NCBI GenBank assembly: GCA_965261595.1
Contig: CBDHDG010000007.1
Span: forward strand, 544,001-608,000
Reading direction: 5' to 3'
DNA from: a bacterium
GTDB lineage: Bacteria > UBA8248 > JACPRG01 > G963555815
DNA length: 64,000 nucleotides
Made by a program: the position numbers and the translations under genes. How positions within the stretch are numbered: position 1 is the stretch's first letter; each line of letters opens with the position of its first letter. This document shows positions 11,105-20,577 of this stretch, piece by piece. The notes beneath the pieces are model-generated. The model had not been told where the DNA came from. It made no database searches and saw only the letters and a list, made by a program, of their open reading frames with translations.

Positions 11105-11920
11105 ATGCCCGAGAAAAGACCTTGGATTCTCCAGGAAATCACCTGGCCGGAGGTGGAGGCCTACCTGAAGCGCGACGACATCATCCTCCTTCCCGTAGGC
11201 AGCGTCGAGCAGCATGCACACCACATGCCCCTGGGGACCGACTCTTACACGGCCATCGGGTTCGCCGAGGACGCCGCCCGGGCGGCCGACGTCCTGTGCG
11301 CCGCGCCGCTTTGGTACGGCTGGGCGACCCACCACATGGGCTACCCGGGGACGGTCACCCTCAAGCCCGAGACGTTCATCGACTTGGTCTTCGAAGTGGG
11401 CGTCAGCCTCATCCACCACGGGTTCAAGAAGATTGTCATCGTCAACGGGAACGCCCAGGCCAACCTGCCGCCCATGCACATCGCCGCCAACAAGCTGGCC
11501 AACGAGACGAACGCGGCCGCCGTCGTCGTGGACCCCTGGGACATCGGGGACGCCGTCTCCCGGGAGCTGATGGCCGGAGCGCCCGGCGGCATGGGGCACG
11601 CCTCTCAGCATGAATGCTCCCAGATGCTTCACCTGCATCCGCACCTGTGCGACATGAGCAAGGCCCAAGCCTGTGTGTGGGAGCAACGGGAGTTCCACTT
11701 CTCGGACCACTACGTCGTCGGCAACCGTGTCCACTTCGCCAAGACGCCCGAATCCTTCCGGGAGGCGACCCTGCCGACCGGCGCGTTCGGCGACCCGGGC
11801 CACTGCACGGCTGAGAAAGGAAAGATCTTCCACGAGACGATCGTCGCGAACATCGTCAAGGTGATTCAGGAGCTTCGGGAGACGAAGGTCGAGATCCGGC
11901 CGCGGCGGTTTGTCTTTTAA
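11105..11920 (+). CDS. Creatininase/creatinine amidohydrolase family protein
   Basis: PVGSVEQHAHHMPLGTD, YPGTVTL, GHASQHE motifs. Confidence 0.9.
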   Translation: MPEKRPWILQEITWPEVEAYLKRDDIILLPVGSVEQHAHHMPLGTDSYTAIGFAEDAARAADVLCAAPLWYGWATHHMGYPGTVTLKPETFIDLVFEVGVSLIHHGFKKIVIVNGNAQANLPPMHIAANKLANETNAAAVVVDPWDIGDAVSRELMAGAPGGMGHASQHECSQMLHLHPHLCDMSKAQACVWEQREFHFSDHYVVGNRVHFAKTPESFREATLPTGAFGDPGHCTAEKGKIFHETIVANIVKVIQELRETKVEIRPRRFVF

Positions 11921-12054
11921 CCTGCATTTCTCACAAAGATTGGCTGAAACAGCCCGTTCTCCGCGCGGGCGTGTGACGGGCTGGCTCCTACGGTGCAAGA
12001 CACTGTAGACTCGTAGGGGCAAGTCCAGCCCAAAAAGCCTCTCTCTCTCTCAAC

Positions 12055-12081
12055 CTGGACCCGTTTCAGGGGAGCAGGTCA
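12055..12081. mobile_element. Possible IS3-family terminal IR remnant
   Basis: CTGGACCCGTTTCAGGGGAGCAGGTCA resembles an IS3 right end terminating in CA; no transposase nearby. Confidence 0.35.
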
Positions 12082-12144
12082 AACTTATAAAGTGGTAGAA
12101 CTTTAGAGGTTTGGTTAAGAAGACGAGAATGGAAAGGTTTTTGA

Positions 12145-13506
12145 TCAAATGGGGGATCGATACTCGAAGCCACGGGTTTTTTCTTTGAACTCTCTTTGTA
12201 TTTTCTTCAACTCTGCTGGGTTGGTGATGAGGTCTAAAGCTGTGCAGGCGATGACTTTGCTCGCTACCTTCATCCCCTTGAAGCCGATCCCCGAGCCGAA
12301 CTGAACGGTGGCGTCCCAGGAATGTTCCGGCGTCCCGGGGGCGCGGCATGAGGTATAGAAAAGACTCAAGGGTGCAAGCCAGCTGACATTGCCCTGGTCA
12401 TTGGCATACGGAGAAGATCCCTCCCGCGGGACATCCACTTTTTCCTTCAGGGGCCGCTTGTAGCCCAATCGGCGCGCCAGGGTTTTGTCTTCAGCTGAGA
12501 ACTTAGGACCACCGACCCATCTCAAGTTCTGATCGATCAAATTTCCCAAAGCAATGTTGGGCAGGCTTTGGTACGTGGCCGCCTGCAGTTTGATCCGCAC
12601 GCGGGTTTTCGTCGCCCGCGCCGCACCCTGAGCAATCCGTCTTGTCTCCGACGTCACGTAATCGGTTTGGGTCCGACTCGGTTTCCAAATCCAGTACCAG
12701 GATTTGGCATAAGGGAGAATAACGCCCGGATACTGACCCGCTTCTGGGATCACATAGTGGAATCCCGTCCCGGGCGGAACTTGGCCGCGCAGTCGGTTCA
12801 CGCCCGCGTTCATGAGTTCGACCGCGCCTAAGGCGCTTTGCCCCAGTTCCGGATCAATCTGGGCGTGGGCGCTTTTCCCGAAGAACTCAAATGTGACGGA
12901 ATCCAGAGATTTACAGGCGCTGTAGTCAGCGAGATTCCCTTCACCCGGGTGCCACGTGAGCACGGCATCCAGCCCCGCGAAGACCCCCGCATTCGCCATG
13001 ACAACTTTGCCGTACAGGATCTCCTCGGCTGGTGTTCCGAACACCCTCACTGTTCCGCGAACCCGGTTCTTTTCCAAAATCTCCTTGACGGCGATCCCCG
13101 CTGAGACGCTGGCCGTGCCGAACAGGTTGTGTCCGCAGCCGTGGCCGTTGTCCGTCTTTTTTGGACCACAGTTTGGAACCGCGTCGTACTCCGCCAGAAT
13201 TCCAATTTGTGACTTCCCCTTCCCCCAGCGGCCCTCGAAAGAAGTGGGCAAACCTGCAAGACCGGTCTTGACCTGAAACCCCGCCTCCTGAAGTTCTTCT
13301 ACCAGAAAGGCAGATGAGCGGGACTCCTCAAGGCTCAACTCGGGGGTTTCCCAGATTCGCTTGGCCAAGGCATTCATGTGGGCCGTTCTTTTTTCCAGAA
13401 ACCCCACGGCCTGCCGCTTATAGGCGGAACCATCCGCCTTGGCCCAACCCTGCGGACCTCCCACTTTTAGAGGGGACACGCCTACCCCTTTCCTTGTCAT
13501 AGCCAA
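12145..13506 (-). CDS. M20 family amidohydrolase (AbgB-like)
   Basis: PELSLEE, AEYDA, GHGCGHN, GTPAEE, GKSAHA motifs. Confidence 0.9.
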   Translation of the reverse strand: MAMTRKGVGVSPLKVGGPQGWAKADGSAYKRQAVGFLEKRTAHMNALAKRIWETPELSLEESRSSAFLVEELQEAGFQVKTGLAGLPTSFEGRWGKGKSQIGILAEYDAVPNCGPKKTDNGHGCGHNLFGTASVSAGIAVKEILEKNRVRGTVRVFGTPAEEILYGKVVMANAGVFAGLDAVLTWHPGEGNLADYSACKSLDSVTFEFFGKSAHAQIDPELGQSALGAVELMNAGVNRLRGQVPPGTGFHYVIPEAGQYPGVILPYAKSWYWIWKPSRTQTDYVTSETRRIAQGAARATKTRVRIKLQAATYQSLPNIALGNLIDQNLRWVGGPKFSAEDKTLARRLGYKRPLKEKVDVPREGSSPYANDQGNVSWLAPLSLFYTSCRAPGTPEHSWDATVQFGSGIGFKGMKVASKVIACTALDLITNPAELKKIQREFKEKTRGFEYRSPI

Positions 13507-13586
13507 CTACTCTCTTTCACCCGTGGACCCAAAAATCGAACGGATTTCAATCTTCCTGTCAGCTGATAAGAATTCAGCGGATGGGC

Positions 13587-14105
13587 CTATTTGGGGATGT
13601 GACCGATGATCCCTTGGACCAGGAAATTCATCGAATTCAGATCCTTTTCGGATATCCTTTTTCCCGCAGGGATCCGGACTTTGCCCGACTGGTCCTTTAT
13701 GGGTCCGGTGAACGGTGTGAACTTGCCCGCGATCAGTTCCGCCTTCTTGCGGTCGACCATCTCCCGGGTGTCATGGGGCACCATGGGCCCATAGGGGGCC
13801 AACCCCGCAACCCCGTCCTTCATCGAAGGGGAATACATCGCACTCTTCCAAGTCCCATCGTGAACCGCGCCTGCGATCTTCTTGTAGAAGGAACTCCAGT
13901 TGAAAATGGGCGCCGTTAGGTGCGCTTTGGGGGCGAATGCCGACATGTCGGAGTAAGCGCCAACACTATATTTTCCGCGACGCTGGGCCGTCTGTTGGAC
14001 CGCAGGGGAGTTGAAGTACTGACCCAGTACGTCCGCCCCGATATCCATCAGGCTCTCAGCAACTTCACGCTCTTTGGCCGGGTCGTACCTCCTCACGGCT
14101 TTCAA
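13587..14105 (-). pseudogene. BMP family (purine nucleoside-type) ABC substrate-binding protein, C-terminal half only
   Basis: YDPAKE, GADVL, PFTGPIKDQSG, MNFLVQGIIG motifs; signal peptide and N-terminal half missing. Confidence 0.75.
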
Positions 14106-14239
14106 CGGGAATTTCCCATTTCAACCTCCGCCGATGTCCTTCCGGTCCCTTTTGTGATTTATTAATTAGACGTCCCTCCAATGGCCTTGTCAAAAACTTC
14201 TCGAGGCCCCCAACGGGGCAAGCCCCCTGGCTATATTAA

Positions 14240-14315
14240 GGGGACACCATACTTATTTCTGACTGTGAGTTGAGGGAACGCCATACATATTTCTGGAATT
14301 ATGTATGGTGTCCCC
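14240..14315. repeat. Cluster of GGGACACCATAC(T/A)TATT-type repeats (two direct, one inverted)
   Basis: GGGGACACCATACTTATTTC, GGGAACGCCATACATATTTC, AATTATGTATGGTGTCCCC; same family at 38968-39089. Confidence 0.75.
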
Positions 14316-14679
14316 AAATCCACGCCAACCGAGGCCCTTCGCCATACCGGACGCCGGCCGGGGGTAACGGTCATTTGCACGGGCCGGGACCCCCTGCCTC
14401 CGCAGAGGGCAGGCTTGGACCGGCCCGTTTACCTTCACGCGACGGAGAAGGACACTTTTTGGATGACGCCCACCGCGGCCGAACCTCAGCAAACGTGCGA
14501 GAGAAGGGGTCGGGGATCATCCTTTACGCGTTGAGGCCAAGCGGTTTCGCTGGCGCAATCCCGCCGGTCACGGTGTATAATCAGATCGGTTGGCAAGTAA
14601 TTTGCTCTAATTTTACGCATGAAGCGGTCCGGGTCCCGGCGTCCCGGCAATCTCCCAACCCACGAGGAGACGGCAAGGC

Positions 14680-15294
14680 ATGAACGAACCCGACTGCACC
14701 CCCGCATGTACAATCAGCGCCGCGGTCTTCGACGAGTTCGTCGGAGAAATCGCCCTCGGCCTGAAGTCCTCCCGTAACGATGACGAATCCACCGCGGTGG
14801 TCGAAGGGGCCCTGCCGAGGCTTCTGAAAGACGGCGGGTGGCTCCCCCCCGAGAACCGCGCGCCCAACCCCGACACCTACGCCCGAAACCTGATCCACCG
14901 CGACCCCGAGCTCGGGTTCGTCGTCGTCGCCATGGTGTGGCAGCCTGGACAGGGGACCCCCGTCCACGACCACTCCGGGATCTGGTGCGTCGAAGGGGTC
15001 CTGGAAGGGTCCGTCCGGATCACCCAGTACGACCCGGTGGAGAATGAAAGCCCGGCGGAGTCATTCCAACTCCGGCAATCGGGGCGGTTTGAATCCCGCA
15101 TCGGGGACACGGGAAGGTTGATTCCGCCCTTCGAGTTTCACAAGATCGAGAACGTGAGCGACCGGACGGCCATCACCATCCACGTCTACGGGAAAGACCT
15201 CGTCGACTGCCGAATCTTCGAAGACCTGGGAAACGGCTCGTTCGCGGCGAAGTCCATCCAGATGCAATACAATCCCGCGGCGCTCCCCGGCTGA
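14680..15294 (+). CDS. Cysteine dioxygenase type I family (cupin thiol dioxygenase)
   Basis: YARNL, WQPGQGTPVHDH, FHKIEN, TIHVYG motifs. Confidence 0.85.
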   Translation: MNEPDCTPACTISAAVFDEFVGEIALGLKSSRNDDESTAVVEGALPRLLKDGGWLPPENRAPNPDTYARNLIHRDPELGFVVVAMVWQPGQGTPVHDHSGIWCVEGVLEGSVRITQYDPVENESPAESFQLRQSGRFESRIGDTGRLIPPFEFHKIENVSDRTAITIHVYGKDLVDCRIFEDLGNGSFAAKSIQMQYNPAALPG

Positions 15295-15321
15295 GCCCTC
15301 CCCTCGGAAGAAGGCCCCCCG

Positions 15322-15936
15322 ATGACCTCACAACGAGGCTTGTACGAAGATGTCACGGGCGTCATTCTCGCGGGCGGAAAGAGCCGCAGGATGGGGACCG
15401 ACAAGGCCCTTCTGGAGGTGGACGGCATCCCGCTCATCGAGCGGGTCGCCCGCGTCTTCCGCGGGCTGTTCAGCCGAAACATCCTTGTCACCAACAATCC
15501 GAGCCTGTACCCGGAGCTCGGCTTCCCGGTTTATCGGGACGTCCACCCGGATCGGGCCTCGTTGGTGGGGATCTACACCGGTCTGCTGAAAGCGGAAACG
15601 CCGCACGTCTTTTGCGCGTCGTGCGACATGCCCTTTCTGAATGAGTCTCTCATCCGGTTCCTGGCGGACCTGAGAGCGGAGTTCGACCTGGTGCTTCCCT
15701 TCTCAGACCAGGGGCGCGAGCCCCTCCACGCCATTTACGGGCAGGCCTGCGTCGCCCCCATGGAGAAACTGATCGAAGAAGACCGCCTGGCTATCAGGGG
15801 GATTTTCGACCAGGTCCGGACGCGCAGGGTCGAGCCCGAGGAGGCGGCCGCCTTCGACCCGAAGCTCCTCTCATTCATGAACTGCAACACCCCCGAGGAC
15901 CTGGAAGCCGCGACGGCGCTGGCAAAGGAGATGTGA
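15322..15936 (+). CDS. mobA: Molybdenum cofactor guanylyltransferase
   Basis: ILAGGKSRRMGTDKA, CDMPF, EPLHAIY, NCNTPEDL motifs. Confidence 0.92.
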   Translation: MTSQRGLYEDVTGVILAGGKSRRMGTDKALLEVDGIPLIERVARVFRGLFSRNILVTNNPSLYPELGFPVYRDVHPDRASLVGIYTGLLKAETPHVFCASCDMPFLNESLIRFLADLRAEFDLVLPFSDQGREPLHAIYGQACVAPMEKLIEEDRLAIRGIFDQVRTRRVEPEEAAAFDPKLLSFMNCNTPEDLEAATALAKEM

Positions 15937-16182
15937 AGGAATCGCGGGGGGCGAAGGCTGAGGCCCCGCGGGGGGGAGGAGGGGTTTTCAACGGGGTCTC
16001 CGGCTCCGAGACATAAGAGAACGAAGCGGGATCCCGCAATCGGTTTTCGTTGCGCCGGCTCCCTGAAAATACTGACCCGCCGCTGCCTGTCTTGCCCCAC
16101 TCAAACAGGTCTTTGATGAACTGAAAAGGGAAGTGACGATGTCCTCCCTACGCCGATGATTTTCTCCCCCCTTTGCCGACAC

Positions 16183-16336
16183 TTGACAAATCCTGGGCGG
16201 ATTTGCGAAAATGCACCGTTCGTTCTTCCAACGTATGGATAGCCCTGATTCAGTCTCCGGATTTTCCGAGGGACGGCGCAAGCGGCATCTATCCGCGAAA
16301 GCGCGTCCCGATGGGAACCAGGGTTCGGGTTTTTTT
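16183..16336 (+). promoter_or_regulatory. Putative promoter and structured leader with terminator-like hairpin upstream of ino1
   Basis: TTGACA at 16183 overlapping dyad CAAATCC/GGATTTG; GGATAG..CTATCC pairing; CCCGA..TCGGG followed by T7. Confidence 0.35.
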
Positions 16337-16576
16337 GTGAGGTGAACGGACAAGGGCAGGACCCTTCGATGCCGGTATGAAAATCGCGGGGGGAAGACAG
16401 CCGCGGCCTGCCGGATAAGGGCCGCGATCACTAATCGCTTGCACTTGAACGCATCGCCTCGGTCGGGAAGAAGGATGGTTTGCGGATTCCGGCGCCTTCC
16501 TTTCCGCCTGGACGGTCGTTCTCGCTACTGTGCCGGACGGTTGTAGATGATTGGATTTACGATTAAGGAGGAACCT

Positions 16577-17746
16577 ATGGACCCCATTAGGATTGCGATA
16601 GCGGGAGTGGGAAACTGTGCAAGCTCGCTCCTTCAAGGAATCGAGTATTACCGGAAGACGCCGGAGGCCGAAGCCCTCGGTCTGATGCATTTCGACTTGG
16701 CGGGGCACCGCCCCTTCGACATCCGGCCGGTGGCGGCGTTTGACGTGGACACCCGAAAGGTGGGAAAACCCCTTCACGAGGCCGCCTTCGCCCCCCCCAA
16801 TTGCACCGCGACAATCCTCCCGGATCTGCCGGATTACGGTGTGAGCGTCCACATGGGCAAACTCCTGGACGGCGTCGCTCCCCACATGGCGGACTACCCT
16901 CCGGAACGCAGTTTCTTGGTCGACGGCCGGGAGGCCTGCGACGTGGAGGCGGTCCTGCGGGAAAGCAAAGCCGAGATCCTGATTTGCTACCTGCCGGTGG
17001 GATCCGAGGAAGCCATCCGGTTCTACGCCGAATGCTGCCTGAATACGGGTGTGAGCTTCATCAACTGCGTGCCGGTGTTCATCGTCTCGGACCCCGCGTG
17101 GGAGAAGCGTTTCCGGGAGCGCGGCATTCCCGTGGTGGGCGATGACATCAAGTCCCAGGTGGGCGCCACCATCGTTCACAGAGACCTCGTCCGATTGTTC
17201 CAGGACCGGGGCGTCAAGCTCGAGCGCACCTACCAGCTCAACACCGGCGGAAACACCGACTTCCTGAACATGAAGGCGCAAAACCGCCTGGCTTCCAAGA
17301 AACGGTCGAAGACCGAGGCGGTTCAGTCCCAATTGAACGTGCGCTTGGACAATCAGGACATCCACATCGGGCCAAGCGACTACGTTCCTTGGCAGAACGA
17401 CAACAAGGTCTGCTTCATCCGGATGGAGGGCGTCGGCTTCGCGGGCGTCCCCCTGCATCTGGAGCTCCGCCTATCGGTCGAAGACTCCCCCAACAGCGGG
17501 GGCGTGGTGATCGACGCCATTCGCTTCTGTAAGCTGGCCCGGACCCGGGGCGACGCGGGCGCCCTGCTGCCGGTCTCCGCCTACACCATGAAGCATCCGC
17601 CTGTTCAAATCCCGGACACCGAAGCGCGAACCTATCTGGAAGATTATCTCGTGGGGGAACTCACACTCAAAGAGTTCAATGCCTCGCTCCGGCGGAACGG
17701 GGATGCTCTTCGGAAAATACCGGCAAGAATCCCGACTCACGGCTGA
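16577..17746 (+). CDS. ino1: myo-inositol-1-phosphate (inositol-3-phosphate) synthase
   Basis: GVGNCASSL, GDDIKSQVGAT, YQLNTGGNTDFLN, DSPNSGG motifs; AAGGAGG RBS. Confidence 0.95.
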   Translation: MDPIRIAIAGVGNCASSLLQGIEYYRKTPEAEALGLMHFDLAGHRPFDIRPVAAFDVDTRKVGKPLHEAAFAPPNCTATILPDLPDYGVSVHMGKLLDGVAPHMADYPPERSFLVDGREACDVEAVLRESKAEILICYLPVGSEEAIRFYAECCLNTGVSFINCVPVFIVSDPAWEKRFRERGIPVVGDDIKSQVGATIVHRDLVRLFQDRGVKLERTYQLNTGGNTDFLNMKAQNRLASKKRSKTEAVQSQLNVRLDNQDIHIGPSDYVPWQNDNKVCFIRMEGVGFAGVPLHLELRLSVEDSPNSGGVVIDAIRFCKLARTRGDAGALLPVSAYTMKHPPVQIPDTEARTYLEDYLVGELTLKEFNASLRRNGDALRKIPARIPTHG

Positions 17747-17950
17747 AACCGGCCCCCTTCAGACGCTCCCGGGGGCGGGACTTATGTCCCGCCCGATGAT
17801 GTTGCGCCCGCCCGGATTTTCTGTCGTCATGCGAATCTCCCGGTTGCGGTCGGTCCCCAACCGCACAATATTACTCAGAGACCGGGAAGAATCCCCTAAT
17901 TCCCGGACGGCCTCCTAAGTCATCCACGGGGGGGAGGGGGACGCATTGCC

Positions 17951-18136
17951 ATGTCGCTGAAACACTTCGAAGTCACCTTCTCATTTGCGGGAATCGTTCA
18001 AGTCCAGGCGGAGGATGAGACGGACGCCATCCGCCAGATCCAGGAAAAAGCCGGGGACTTCCTGATGACACGGCTCGATCCGGAAAAGTTCATGATTCAC
18101 TCGGCCGACGAAGTGGATGTCGGCGGACAGTCCTGA
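17951..18136 (+). CDS. Small hypothetical protein
   Basis: 61 aa, natural composition, GGAGG RBS, fits between genes. Confidence 0.6.
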   Translation: MSLKHFEVTFSFAGIVQVQAEDETDAIRQIQEKAGDFLMTRLDPEKFMIHSADEVDVGGQS

Positions 18137-18182
18137 CTGACCCCGCGGCCCGTTCGCGCGGTGAATGGGGCCACAGGAAACC

Positions 18183-18620
18183 ATGACCGACCGGCTCAAC
18201 CCCGATTGGTGGGAGATTCTCCGCGGATCGCGCTTTCGCTGCACCCAGTGCGGACACTGCTGCGAGCGGCCCGGACACGTGTATTTCAACCGCGAAGAGG
18301 TCGGGCCCATCGCCCGATACCTGGGAATCCCGGTCCGCCGGTTTCTGAGAAAATTCGCCAAAAAATCCGCCGGCGAGCGCGGCTACGAGCTGCGCATGAA
18401 CCCGCAGGGGGTCTGCCCTTTTTACCAGGAAGAGGAAAACACCTGCGGCATCCACCCGGTCAAGTTCGTCCAATGCCGGACCTATCCCTACTGGCCCGAG
18501 AACGTCGAAAGCCCCGCCGCCTGGGCGGAGGTGCGGCGGGAGTGTGAGGGGATTGGACAGGGAGAGAGGGTCCGCAAGCGGGACGTCCAGGAGGGCCTCG
18601 AAGAAAGCGCGCGCGTCTGA
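18183..18620 (+). CDS. YkgJ family CxxCxxCC cysteine-cluster protein
   Basis: FRCTQCGHCC, CPFY, CGIHPVK..QCRTYPYW, CEGIG motifs. Confidence 0.9.
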   Translation: MTDRLNPDWWEILRGSRFRCTQCGHCCERPGHVYFNREEVGPIARYLGIPVRRFLRKFAKKSAGERGYELRMNPQGVCPFYQEEENTCGIHPVKFVQCRTYPYWPENVESPAAWAEVRRECEGIGQGERVRKRDVQEGLEESARV

Positions 18621-18810
18621 GGCCCCGGCCGGCCCGGTGCAATCCGGGGGCGATGCGTCTCCCCCCCCCTTCGAAAAGCGTCCGTATCGAACCGGATTCA
18701 ACCTTCCGGGCCGACAGCCGGCGGTTTAACCGCCGCGATGACCGGCTCGTTGACAGCGATGGGTTGGTGATTCAAGACCAGGTCCCGGACGGTTCGCCCG
18801 CCGGGTCCAT

Positions 18811-19479
18811 CTATGTTTTGGCCGCCGTGCCGCGCTCCGCCCAGGCCGCGATGACCTCATCCACCGTCGCGACCCGCCCGAAATAGTTGCGGAAGGTCAA
18901 CAGCGTTGCTTCGTGCTCCTCCCGGCTGGTGGCACCGCAGGCGTCTTCAGCCAAAACCACGTTGTAGTCCAGCATGAATCCTTCGCGGGCCGTGCTCTCG
19001 ACGCATACGTTTGTCGCCACGCCCGTCAGGATGAGGGTCTTCACGCCGAGGCTCCGGAGGGCGAGGTCGAGGTTTGTCCCCGTGAATCCGCCGTACCGGT
19101 TCTTTTTGATGAGAATTTCTCCGGGCCGGGGCTCGAACCCTTCGCAAATGTCGGCGCCCCAGGTCCCTTCAACCACCAGGGGGGTGTAGTCGGGGCCGGG
19201 GTCCGCCGAAGCAAACTTGAACCGTTCCATCCTGTGATAGGCGGGCCATGTCCGCTCCGGCCAATGGGACGTCCAAAGGGAGATGACATGCGCCCCGCTC
19301 GCGCGGGCTTCTTCCATCAAACGCGTCAGGCGCGGAAGCACCTCCTGGATGGGACCCATGTCTACGCCCCGTTGGCCCAGGCCTCCTTCGGGGTGGCAGA
19401 AGTCGTTTTGGATGTCTACAAGGATGAGGGCGGAGCTCGAGGGATCGCCCCATTCGCCCAAGGCCGGATCTTCTTTCAT
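18811..19479 (-). CDS. Isochorismatase family cysteine hydrolase (RutB/nicotinamidase-like)
   Basis: LVDIQNDF, KNRYGGF, GVATNVCVESTAR motifs. Confidence 0.92.
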   Translation of the reverse strand: MKEDPALGEWGDPSSSALILVDIQNDFCHPEGGLGQRGVDMGPIQEVLPRLTRLMEEARASGAHVISLWTSHWPERTWPAYHRMERFKFASADPGPDYTPLVVEGTWGADICEGFEPRPGEILIKKNRYGGFTGTNLDLALRSLGVKTLILTGVATNVCVESTAREGFMLDYNVVLAEDACGATSREEHEATLLTFRNYFGRVATVDEVIAAWAERGTAAKT

Positions 19480-19600
19480 TGAGCTTCTCTCCTCTCGATT
19501 CAAAGCGGCGTCGGCGGCGCCTTCAAACCAGAAACCATGGGAGCCATGCGGACATTTTAACATTGCGCCCGGCCTCGAAAACCCACGGGTCCGGATTTTC

Positions 19601-20077
19601 TTACGTGTCCGACTCCTCCCCTCCCCCCAACATCTTGAGGACGTCCACGGCGTGCGTCTCCGTCTGGATGTCCCGAATGACCCGCTCAATCTGTCCGTCG
19701 GGACCGATGAGGAACGTTGTTCGGATGATCCCCATCGATGTTTTCCCGTCGCGGACCCGTTCTCCGTACACCCCGTAGGCCCTGCAGGCCTCGACGCCGA
19801 CATCGGCGAGGAGGAGGAAGGGAAGGTTGTGTTCGGCCGCGAACTCCTCATGACTTTCCGGGGGATCGGGGCTTACGCCGATGATCTCGACGCCCTCTTC
19901 GGTGTAGGTGGCGAAATGGTCCCGGAAGCCGCACGCCTGCTTCGTGCAACCGGGCGTCATGTCGCGGGGATAGAAGTAAAGAACCACGCGCTTGCCCTGA
20001 AAGTCGGAGAGGCGGTGGGTCTTTCCCCGCGCGTCCGGCAAAGAGAAGTCCGGGGCGACGTCGCCGGGTTCAGGCAT
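19601..20077 (-). CDS. bcp: Thioredoxin-dependent thiol peroxidase (Bcp/PrxQ)
   Basis: [16 protein letters not shown] motif. Confidence 0.93.
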   Translation of the reverse strand: MPEPGDVAPDFSLPDARGKTHRLSDFQGKRVVLYFYPRDMTPGCTKQACGFRDHFATYTEEGVEIIGVSPDPPESHEEFAAEHNLPFLLLADVGVEACRAYGVYGERVRDGKTSMGIIRTTFLIGPDGQIERVIRDIQTETHAVDVLKMLGGGEESDT

Positions 20078-20274
20078 GGCCGTTTCCTTTCACCTCGGGG
20101 GGGAGGAGGGGGGAGGGGGGGTCGCGGTCCCCCGCGGCCGATTCGCGCGAACATGCCGGCGCGGACAGGCGGGCGGGGTCCATCAATTGGGTTATAATCG
20201 CATGAAATCCAAGCAGAGGTCGGCTTCCCCTTCCCGGGGGGGTCTCTTTTTCTCGACACCAGGAGGGTTCAACC

Positions 20275-20481
20275 ATGCCGGTTGCGCACATCACATTGCT
20301 GGAAGGCCGATCCAAGGAGGCCAAAGCCAAGATGGCCAGCGAGGTCGCCGAGAGCATCTCCAAGCACTCCGGGGCGCCGATGGCGGCGGTGACTGTCATC
20401 TTCCACGACGTGCCCCCGGACAATTGGGCAAGTGCGGGTGTGCTCTTCAGCGACAAACAGGCCGCCGCCGGGGGCTCCTGA
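20275..20481 (+). CDS. 4-oxalocrotonate tautomerase family protein
   Basis: Catalytic Pro1 (MPVAHI), EGRS.E.K, WASAG; AGGAGG RBS. Confidence 0.9.
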   Translation: MPVAHITLLEGRSKEAKAKMASEVAESISKHSGAPMAAVTVIFHDVPPDNWASAGVLFSDKQAAAGGS

Positions 20482-20577
20482 GGCCCGGCCGGGCCGCAAT
20501 CCGGGCCTGGCCGTCATACCGCCATTACAATCGCCGACGCCGCGGAACAGGGGGGCTCTAAACCACGCCCCCGGTCT

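Noticed and set aside
16267..16290. GAGGGAC-GGC resemblance to a SAM-I riboswitch
   Set aside because: Other SAM-I core elements (ATC..GAG, GCAACC, GTGC) are not in the right arrangement
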